A stretch of 63,721 nucleotides of DNA, counting the filler, from Octopus bimaculoides (Eukaryota), in the NCBI RefSeq assembly GCF_001194135.2. It is 5 parts of 5 records of this genome, joined end to end, with 100 filler letters (N's around TTAATTAATTAA, not from the genome) between each part and the next. Parts side by side here need not be neighbours in the genome. Positions count along the whole stretch, not along the records: positions 23,985 to 31,887 come from NC_069007.1; positions 31,988 to 52,874 come from NC_068991.1; 3 more parts are not named here. The stretch is one strand, 5' to 3'. Shown piece by piece: positions 26,478 to 35,667 of the stretch. The notes beneath the pieces were generated by a model. It saw only the letters and a program-made list of their open reading frames with translations, ran no database searches and was not told the DNA's origin. The translations under genes were made by a program, and so were the position numbers. Position 1 is the stretch's first letter, and the number at the start of each line of letters is the position of its first letter.

Positions 26478-27765
26478 NNNNNNNNNNNNNNNNNNNNNNN
26501 NNNNNNNNNNNNNNNNNNNNNNNNNNNNNNNNNNNNNNNNNNNNNNNNNNNNNNNNNNNNNNNNNNNNNNNNNNNNNNNNNNNNNNNNNNNNNNNNNNNN
26601 NNNNNNNNNNNNNNNNNNNNNNNNNNNNNNNNNNNNNNNNNNNNNNNNNNNNNNNNNNNNNNNNNNNNNNNNNNNNNNNNNNNNNNNNNNNNNNNNNNNN
26701 NNNNNNNNNNNNNNNNNNNNNNNNNNNNNNNNNNNNNNNNNNNNNNNNNNNNNNNNNNNNNNNNNNNNNNNNNNNNNNNNNNNNNNNNNNNNNNNNNNNN
26801 NNNNNNNNNNNNNNNNNNNNNNNNNNNNNNNNNNNNNNNNNNNNNNNNNNNNNNNNNNNNNNNNNNNNNNNNNNNNNNNNNNNNNNNNNNNNNNNNNNNN
26901 NNNNNNNNNNNNNNNNNNNNNNNNNNNNNNNNNNNNNNNNNNNNNNNNNNNNNNNNNNNNNNNNNNNNNNNNNNNNNNNNNNNNNNNNNNNNNNNNNNNN
27001 NNNNNNNNNNNNNNNNNNNNNNNNNNNNNNNNNNNNNNNNNNNNNNNNNNNNNNNNNNNNNNNNNNNNNNNNNNNNNNNNNNNNNNNNNNNNNNNNNNNN
27101 NNNNNNNNNNNNNNNNNNNNNNNNNNNNNNNNNNNNNNNNNNNNNNNNNNNNNNNNNNNNNNNNNNNNNNNNNNNNNNNNNNNNNNNNNNNNNNNNNNNN
27201 NNNNNNNNNNNNNNNNNNNNNNNNNNNNNNNNNNNNNNNNNNNNNNNNNNNNNNNNNNNNNNNNNNNNNNNNNNNNNNNNNNNNNNNNNNNNNNNNNNNN
27301 NNNNNNNNNNNNNNNNNNNNNNNNNNNNNNNNNNNNNNNNNNNNNNNNNNNNNNNNNNNNNNNNNNNNNNNNNNNNNNNNNNNNNNNNNNNNNNNNNNNN
27401 NNNNNNNNNNNNNNNNNNNNNNNNGATATACAAGCATATGCATGTATATCTACATCTACATGTATATATAGATGCATATTCGGGTACAGGACATTAGAAA
27501 AATGAACGGGAGCATAAAAACAAAACGGACTTTGTTTACAGACAACAGAACGAACACATAGGAAAACAAATAAGCCACTTATGGAATTATTCCTTCATCA
27601 GCTGCCTCTATTCTAAAACTAGGCATTTCGAAGATAAGGCAGGGCACACTCTTAGAATAGTTTCTTCCTGAGTAGTGGATCAACCCACTAAACAGAGGAT
27701 TCCAATGGAGCAAACACAAAACAAGACAGGAAAAATTGGACAGTAAAAACAACATTCACGTTCCG

Positions 27766-27927
27766 AGTTCAAATTCCACTGAGGTCAACTTTGCCTTTTG
27801 TCCTTTCAGGGTCGATAAACTAAGTCCTGGGGTCGATTCATTTGACTAAAAATTCTTGAAGGCAGTGCTGCCCCAGCATGGCCGCAGTCTTATGACTGAA
27901 ACAAGTAAAAGAATAAAAGATAAAAGA
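27766..27927 (+). mobile_element. SINE family A core joined to the CR1-type tail
   Basis: GAGTTCAAATTCC...GTCAACTTTGCCTTT, then GAAGGCAGTGCTGCCCCAGCATGGCCGCAGTCTTATGACTGAAACAAGTAAAAGA. Confidence 0.8.
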
Positions 27928-28209
27928 CATATATCAATAACTGACTGGGTGTTTCATTTTCGGTTTGATTTGTATAGATGAAGGCTTTTTCTAATGCCAA
28001 CCATTTTACAGAGCCATCTTGGGTGCATTTTATCAAAGCATCAACCCTAGAGAGGTTAGACTACCCCTTCAACAACATGACTAATGAGTTCTCTGGACCT
28101 CAAGTCGTTTCTGCTCATTTATCGACAAGTTTATAAAGTATACTGGATGTATGTTACCATGGCATCAACAAGAGCATGAGGAGGGGGAGCACCTTGTACT
28201 CCATAACAT

Positions 28210-28520
28210 TACTGTACTCTTCACTCTTTGCTGCTGGCTGCCAGCTTCGTCTTGGCCTTTGAGTTTGTTGTAAGCAGTGTAGATGGTGTCTTTCTCAATC
28301 AAACCCCCACACATCGTAATCCATGGGATTACAATCAAGGGGAATCAGCAGGTCAGAAATGGGGGCTGGTGAAGTCGTAGAAATTTCCCAGCAACCACTT
28401 CTGACCTTTTCTGGAGCTGTGAGAAAGAACCAAATCCTGCTGCTACATATATGACATTCCAACATTAACCCTCTTCAACCGCAGTCTCCAGCAGCTTCAT
28501 ATAGCCATCAGAATTGAGCC
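28210..28520 (-). mobile_element. maT/Bmmar1-like (DD37D) transposase C-terminal remnant
   Basis: NSDGYMKLLET...QQDLVLSHSSRKGQKWLLGNFYDFTSPHF*PADSP(fs)DCNPMDYDVWG, with 37 residues between the second and third D. Confidence 0.8.
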
Positions 28521-28524
28521 TAGG

Positions 28525-28740
28525 GCCCTGTTCGTCCATTGTTCGATGCATTCTGGCATAGAGAGACAGTCAGAATGCCTCCTGTGTCCCCTCCTGCCAT
28601 CAACCAAATCCACTCACAAGGCTCCGGTCGGCCCAATGCTGTAGTAGAAGACAATTGTGAAAGTTGCCACACAGTAGGACTGAACCCAGAACCACGTGAC
28701 TGGGAAGTTAACTTCTCACCACACAGCCATGCCAGCACCT
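28525..28740 (-). mobile_element. SINE family B, 5' half
   Basis: Match to 19890-20044 (GTAGTAGAAGAC...GGACTGAACCC). Confidence 0.8.
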
Positions 28741-28774
28741 AATATGTGTAAGTCATTAATATTTCTGGCAGACA

Positions 28775-29190
28775 AGGTAGCGAGCTGGCAGAAACGTTAG
28801 CACGCGGGGCGAAATGCTTCGTGGTATTTCGTCTGCCGCTACGTCCTGAGTTCAAATTCCGCTGAGGTCGACTTTGCCTTTCATCCTTTCGGGGGGGGGC
28901 GATTAAATAAGTACCAGTTACGCACTGGGGTCGATGTAATCGAATTAATCGCTTTGTCTGTCCTTGTTTGTCTCCTCTCTGTGTAGCCCCTTGTGAGCAA
29001 TAAAGAAATAGGTATTTCGTCTGTCGTTACGTTCTGGGTTCAAATTCTGTCGATGTCGACTTTGTCTTGCATCATTTCAGGGTCTATAAAATAAGTCCCA
29101 AAGAATAAGTCTTGGGGTGAATTTCTTTGACTAAATGTGGTGCTCCAGCATGGCCGCAGTCAAATTACTGAAGCATGTAAAAGAGTAAAA
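28775..29190 (+). mobile_element. Composite/dimeric SINE family A with two different tails
   Basis: A full head and core with an alternative tail (to about 29010), followed by a second headless core ending in the CR1-type tail. Confidence 0.8.
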
Positions 29191-29587
29191 TGAGAGATAA
29201 AGAAGCTTTTCATGACATTTTTCAATGTTACAGTTAGTAAAGTAAATATAAATATTTTCCACTTGAATATTAGTTAAGAAATACTAAACCGTGAAAATTA
29301 TTTTTTGAGAAAACAAAAAAAAAAGGCACGAACAAACAATTTCAATTTAAAATTGAACTGCAAAAGTGACTTTGTATCGAATTTAGAAACTAAAAACAAA
29401 AAAATGAATTTGATTTATGTTAATTGTCTCCCTTGAAAACAAATTAATTAGAGTTAGCTCCCTTACAAGATATAACTTTAAAACTTTTTTCTGTCCTTGG
29501 ATTGCGGCTATCCTGGGGTATGTTTTGTCCGGTATGCTAACGATTCTGCCAACCCCGATATCTTATAAACAGATATCGATTTCACAT

Positions 29588-29926
29588 GTTGGCACAAGGC
29601 CAGCAATTTCGGGCAAGACGTAAATCGATTACATCGACTCCAGTGATCAAGTGGTACTTGATTTATCGATCACGTATGTTTGAAAGGGAAAGTTGACTTC
29701 GGTGGAATTTGAACTCAGAACGTAAAGACAGACGAAATGCCGCTAAGCATTTCGCCCGGCGTGCTAACGGTTCTGCCAGCTCGCCGCCCTAATCTTATTT
29801 ATTTGTCTTTATTTTACTTCTCTCTCCGAACAAAAGGCCTAGCGACATTTCGTCCGTCTTTACGTTCTGAGTTCAAATTCCTCCGAGATAGACTTTGCTT
29901 TTCATCATTTCGGGATCGATAAAATC
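29588..29926. mobile_element. Back-to-back SINE family A copies (-, 29588-29788; +, 29836-29926)
   Basis: Similarity to 16481-16691. Confidence 0.8.
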
Positions 29927-30307
29927 GTGGCACTCCGCCGGTTACGACGTCGAGGGTTCCAGTTGATCCGATCAACGGAACAGCCTGCTCGTGAAATTAA
30001 CGTGCAAGTGGCTGAGCACTCCACAGACACGTGTACCCTTAACGTATTTCTCGGGGATATTCAGCGTGACACAGTGTGTGACAAGGCTGACCCTTTGAAT
30101 TACAGGCACAACAGAAGCAGGAAGTAAGAGTGAGAGAAAGTTGTGGTGAAAGAGTACAGCAGGGTTCGCCACCATCCACCTGCCGGAGCCTCGTGGAGCT
30201 TTAGGTGTTTTCGCTCAATAAACACTCACGAGGCCCGGTCTGGGAATCGAAACTGCGATCCTACGACCGCGAGTCCGCTGCCCTAACCACTGGGCCATTG
30301 CGCCTCC
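29927..30307 (-). mobile_element. tRNA-derived SINE family C, full length
   Basis: Head GGAGGCGCAATGGCCCAGTGGTTAGGGCAGCGGACTCGCGG...GTTTCGATTCCC carries A and B boxes. The unique body is shared with 26170-26477. Confidence 0.88.
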
Positions 30308-30554
30308 TGAAATTGATGGCCTTTGTGCAAAAGTTTGAAATCGATAGGTCCTTATAACTCGGTGAGTTATGAACTGGGAACTGCAGTGAAGTGTAGCAAC
30401 GCACGACAGTTCTTTACAGTTCGTCCAGTTGGATAAAGAAGTGGACAATTCCTTGTCCATTGTATCGTTTTAAAGCCAAGCAGAAACGCTTTCACTGGTT
30501 CGTTTCACATGAAGAGATTAACGAATAGATAAGAACGCGAGCAATGTTGTTGCA

Positions 30555-30900
30555 ATATCTGCTAGAAATAGCAGCCAGACCTCCCACATATCACATCCTA
30601 TTGTCATAGATAATAGAAAGACTTGTTAGGTAATATTATCGTACAAAAGTCTAAAAAGACAGGAGATTCATGGTTGGTGCTCCTTTTGTTTTAGTTCTGC
30701 TTGATTGATCTGGAGCAAAAACACATAAGCAGGTGATTGAGTTGATACAGTACTGCATGAGTGGTTGCTAGAAATAACAGCCACGTTTCTCTTATCTTTC
30801 ATCTTACTGTCTTGGAAAAAAAAAAAGATATATTAGATAATGAAATCCTACATACGTCTAAAGTCACTGGATAGTCACGGTTGGAATTCCTTTTGCTCGA
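30555..30900 (+). repeat. Old interspersed repeat (family E), two degenerate copies
   Basis: GCTAGAAATA.CAGCCA motif at about 30561 and 30766; related copies at 58255-58410 and 58690-58950. Confidence 0.45.
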
Positions 30901-31479
30901 TTCAGAAAAAAATACCTCAGAACTACCTCACCAGAAAACAAATAAAAAGAAAACAAGAAAGGGGTGGGGTTATGCAGCAAAAGATGCGAGGGATGAGTGG
31001 TAACAGGTTGTAGACCCTAAGGCCAAACGGCGTGTTCAGCCGTGCCTCGTGGACATGAATGCAAAGGTTTTACCGCAAAGAAGGGTCAGCGATACTCACT
31101 GTCACGCCCACTCCACCTCCCGAGGCCACAGTTATCTCGATTTTGCAGAGGAAATCAGTAATGCGGATTCTGAGAACCCCTGAGGTGTCGAGGACGACCG
31201 ACAGAAACTGATAGCGGCCAATGAAGCACCTGCATTTGTTTATCATCTTCTCCTCTGCATTAGATTTATTAATGGTCATTGCAAAAGGCGGCAGTTGGTG
31301 TTAATTGTAATTCGAGATAAAACCTACAGTATGAATACCTGAGATGAACACCTACCTGCTCTCGTTTCTTGCAAACAATCGGGATGTGTCCATGGAAAGA
31401 GAGTCCACGAAAAGATTTCATCAAAATTTGTGCTAAACGCTCCTCTTTTTTGAAGATTACTCTAACATAATTCTTTTTA

Positions 31480-31887
31480 ATTTTGGCACAAAGCCAGCAA
31501 TTTTAAGGAAAGGCGGGAAGCTGATTACATCGACTCTAATCGAAGGTATTTAGTTTATCGACCCCGAAAAAAAAAAAAAAAGAATGAACAGGAAAGTAGA
31601 CCACGACGGTATTTGAACCCAGGACGTGAAGAAACGGGGGAAAATGTTAAGTAGTTTAAACGGTGCAGCAACGAATCTTCCATCTCGCCTAATTTAGCAC
31701 GAGGCAAGCACTTTTGAAGGGAAGGGAGGTGATCACATCGAACCCCTCAGGACTCAACTGGTACTTTATTTTATCGATCACGAAAGGATGAAAGGCAAAG
31801 TCGACTTCGGCGGCATTCGAACTCGGAACGAATGGAGACGGAAGAAATGCCACGAAGCACTTTGTCCGGTACCCGAAAGATTCTGCC
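31480..31887 (-). mobile_element. Two degenerate tandem SINE family A copies
   Basis: Two GAAAGGATGAAAGGCAAAGTCGAC-type cores. Confidence 0.7.
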
Positions 31888-31987
31888 NNNNNNNNNNNNN
31901 NNNNNNNNNNNNNNNNNNNNNNNNNNNNNNNTTAATTAATTAANNNNNNNNNNNNNNNNNNNNNNNNNNNNNNNNNNNNNNNNNNNN

Positions 31988-32035
<48 letters not shown>

Positions 32036-32179
32036 ACATATAATCATTTTATCTGTGTGTATGTGTGTATATATAAATATGTAATGACTTGTACAGATAT
32101 AGTGTTTTTCGTTATGTATCCATAATATACTACAAAGTATATTAAATGCTTTTATAAGTCAGTACTGTGTTAACAGTGC

Positions 32180-33240
32180 TATTACATCGGTCGATGTGTA
32201 CATGGTTTAAATGCACATCTGGTGTGTTGAATGTGCCATGGGGTGCACGGATGTGCCTATGCACCTTTGACTTCTGACAGAAAAGGCAGGAGAGTGATCA
32301 AGCAGTGATGTCTTGTCTCATATTTGGCCAAATAAATCTAGCCAAAATGAGTTTCACTGTGGCAGTGGCACCAGGGTGTGACAGGTGTGCTGAAGACTGT
32401 TTGTGGGTCTCCGGAACAAAAGGATGAGGAGAATTTGTGGAAGTATCGCACAAAATCTGTGTCAGCTGTGGGTACTGGGAAGTACTTGAAGTTGCATGTG
32501 GCAAAGGTGGGTGAGGATATATCAATTGTCTCTAAGCGAGGTTGATCTTTAGTTAGGAGATGCAGGTCGATGTCTGTGGGTGACGGCAGTGAATTCAGTG
32601 GTAGGCACAATAAGGTGTCTGCTGCAGTGTTATCTACACCAGAGATATGGTGGATGCCGGTGGTAAATTGAGAAATGTAATCCAAGTGCCTAGTTTCCCG
32701 CGGAGAGTACTTGTCAGGTTTTGAGTGCAGGGCAAATGTGAGTGGACAGTGGTTCGTAAAAATCATGAATTGGTGTCCCTTGAGTGTGTGCTGGAAATGT
32801 TTGACTGTTTCAGAGCTGATGACATGACCTAGGAAGGTCAAAGAAGATGCACTGAAAACGTATTTGGTAGGGTTGATCCACACTTGGTAAGTCTTGAACT
32901 GCTTGAACAGCTGATGTACACATTGGAGATGTTCCTCGGGTAAGGCACTAGCTATCAAGATATCATCAACGTACGCATAGACAAAGTCTAAGTCTTGGAT
33001 GACTTCATCAATGAACCTTTGAAATATGCTGGTTGAATTCCATAAACCAAATGGCATAGTTAGGAGTTCAAAGGCACCAAACCGAGTGGTTACAGCAGTC
33101 TTTGGAATATCCTCTGGATTCACAGGTGTCTGACGGTATGCCTTAACTAAGTCCAGTTTGGTGATTACCCTGCAGTTGTGGAGAGGTGACGCAAAATCCT
33201 GAATGTGGGGTATTGGGTACCTCTGGGTATTCAAAATTAG
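32180..33240 (-). mobile_element. Ty3/Gypsy LTR retrotransposon pol fragment (RT, partial RNase H, integrase Zn-binding region), internally deleted
   Basis: YPIPHIQDF, KLDLVKAYRQ, PEDIPKTAVTT, MPFGL and YAYVDDILIAS, then FQHTLKGHQFMIFTNHCPL, HLSHPGATAT.KLI..RFIWPNM and CLFCQKSKVHRH. Confidence 0.95.
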
Positions 33241-33456
33241 TGCAATGTGTATTCAAAATTAGTGCATTCAGAATTCAACCATCATTTAACACACATGTAG
33301 AAAATTTGACTGGCGACTGTTGATGCTGCCACCAGTGGTTACTTTCAGAGTAAGGGGTGGAGAGAAAGAGAGTTTGCAATGAAATAGAAGGGAGGGAGAA
33401 ATTTCCCTTAAGGGAAATTTATATATATACTATTTATTAAAGCAGAAAAAAATCTT

Positions 33457-33505
33457 CACAAACTGTTACTCAGAGTTTCATGTTACCATTCATCAGATAT
33501 TTGTG
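33457..33505 (-). ncRNA. Minimal type I hammerhead ribozyme motif, intact core
   Basis: CACAAATAT CTGATGA ATG GTAA CAT GAAAC TC T GA GTA ACAGTTTGTG: core CUGAUGA/GAAA, 3-bp stem II with a GNRA loop, palindromic stem III ACUC-U-GAGU, GUA cleavage triplet, and stem I with one mismatch and a bulge. Confidence 0.8.
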
Positions 33506-33564
33506 ATGATACTAAATAAAAAATTGCATGGGCACATGTAATATAATATAGTATAATACAATAA

Positions 33565-33776
33565 GGTGGTGAGTTGGCAGAAATGTTAGTTTGCTGGGTG
33601 AAATGCTTAGCAGTATTTTGTCTGTCTTCACGTTCTGAGTTCAAATTCCACGGAGGTTGACTTTGCCTTTCATCCTTTCAGGGTTGATAAATTAAGTACC
33701 AGTTGCATACTGGGGTACATCTAATTGACTGGCTCTCTCCCTAAAAATTTCGGGCCTTGCACCTAGTGTAGAAGAG
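33565..33776 (+). mobile_element. SINE family A inserted into the left inverted arm, with a 19-bp TSD
   Basis: Flanks AATATAGTATAATACAATA (33545-33563) and AATAGAGTATAATACAATA (33777-33795). Confidence 0.9.
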
Positions 33777-34392
33777 AATAGAGTATAATACAATATAGTC
33801 ATTATAATTCAACAAATGATCATAATGCTATACTCTCCACTTTCTCCACCCCCTTATATAACCTATATTTATTTTTCTCTTTCTTGTCCTTTTCTCCCAG
33901 TTTCTCCTTCCTCTTTCTCTTTCCTTTTCTTGCTTTATTTCTTCTTCTCCCTCCTCCTTTTTTTTGTCTTTAGCTTTTTACTTAGTTTCTCTGCCCAATC
34001 GTTTCTTCTTTATTTGTGGCATTATATATTTTGTATATTCATTTACTTATTTATAGCTTTACTTTTATCTTTTATTGTAATCTTAACTTTTTAATACCCA
34101 ATTTTGAAATCCTATTATTCTTTTTAATTATTCCTATTTCTGGATATATCCTGTTCACTTTTAGTTGCTTTTATACAATGTTTTTTTCAGTTTAATTATC
34201 AATCATTGCTTATTCCACCATTAAGATTAACCCTCTCTGGCAGCCAACACACACTATTATTTTTTTTAATCAGTCACCCAACCAAATTCAATTGCTTATT
34301 TGTTGAATTGTAATGACTACATTGTATTGTATTATATTATACTATATTATATTATATTACATGTACTCACACAATTTTTTATTTAGTATAAT

Positions 34393-34437
34393 CACATCCA
34401 ATGAATGGTAACATGAAACTCTGAGTAACAGTTTGTG
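34393..34437 (+). ncRNA. Hammerhead motif copy with mutated core (CCAATGA), probably inactive
   Basis: Stems II and III and the 3' strand are identical to 33457-33505, in inverted orientation. Confidence 0.65.
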
Positions 34438-35667
34438 AAGGTTTTTTTGGCTAGTAGTCATGGTATTGTCAGTCAGCTGACTACTTCAACCTCTAACTAC
34501 ATTATTTCTATATGTAGCTGTACTAGCCATCCTTGTAGTAGCAATAGTGTCAGAGGTGGTTATGGTGACATAAAGTTTAACCCTGATAATGGTGAAACCA
34601 ACCCTGATGACATCCACAATGATTCTAAAATAAATGATGTTTAAGTACCTATTAATAATACAGTTAACTGTATTAACTATCATCATTGCAATGATGGTGC
34701 TATAACTAATAGTAACAGTCCTTGTAACTCTTATGTAATCCTCAATAATACAAATAGTTCTAGCAAGTCTAACAATAATTATCACTCTCTGCAATCCTTG
34801 AAATCTCCTACATTATGTAATTGTAAAAACTAACTTCTAAATGCATTATTGATAAGATACTTAATCTCCTATATTACCAAAATGAAATCAAGAATAAAAT
34901 TTTAAAAATTATTAACAAATTGGTTCTTAGCAGAATTATTTATGTTTTAACATTTGAAGCATATTGGAAATTGATTGTAAGTCTTCCTGATGTGATAAGC
35001 CGCATGGAAATATGAGCAGAGATCCAACATTCATACCTGAGAAAAACAGAGGTGCTTGTATGTAGTTTGTAGAGAAAACAGTAATCAAGTCTACCTATTA
35101 AACAAGGCAAATAAGTACTCATGGAAAATATCTCTTTCCCTCTTCATCTCTCCTCCACTTTTAAAGTAAAGAAAATAGAAGATATCAATCAAACCTGTAT
35201 ATAATGCTGATTTTAATTTTAAATGACTCTGAGGATTTCATTGCCCTGCCTCTATCTCTTCACTTCTTTTCTCCACTGTAAAGAGAGTAAGAAAAACAAA
35301 GAAGAAAAGAAAATTGATCATATATAATTCTTAAATGCTTTACATGAACATAGAGCAACTAGTTTCATGATCCCAAGTTATGTTGTATTGATAAGCTCCA
35401 ATAAAAGTGAAATAATGTTATATGCAGCTACTAGTACACTCAAAATGAGAGAAAATAATGAATTGTATAGAAATATTATTTCACATGTTCTCTCACTCAT
35501 AAGAAAAAGACTTCACATAATAATAATATAACAAAAAAAAAAGATTATAAACCCTGAGCAATTCTCTCCCCTTAAGGGAAATTTCTCCCTCTCTTCTATT
35601 TTCTTCCACCTCTGAAAGCAACCGTAGGTGGCGGCACTAACAGTTGCCAGTCAAGTTTTCCACATAC

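Larger units (their letters stand above)
33295..35665. mobile_element. Penelope-like terminal structure: long inverted arms carrying hammerhead motifs
   Basis: 33295-33414 is inverted to 35568-35665, and 33440-33818 (excluding the inserted SINE) is inverted to 34298-34450. Both inner arms carry the hammerhead motif. 34830-34990 weakly resembles a PLE N-terminal ORF (ILNLLY...ILKIINKL...LCFN). Confidence 0.6.

Noticed and set aside
27570-27680. Hammerhead (minus-strand CTGATGA at 27595-27601, with an upstream GAAAC and a CTATTCTAA/TTAGAATAG helix)
   Set aside because: No NUH triplet in register, no room for stem I and no stem II closure. It may be a PLE-type remnant but is not supportable as a ribozyme.
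30235-30307. tRNA gene (also the heads of SINE families A and B)
   Set aside because: A and B boxes are present, but the cloverleaf is incomplete and the head runs into a repeated SINE body.
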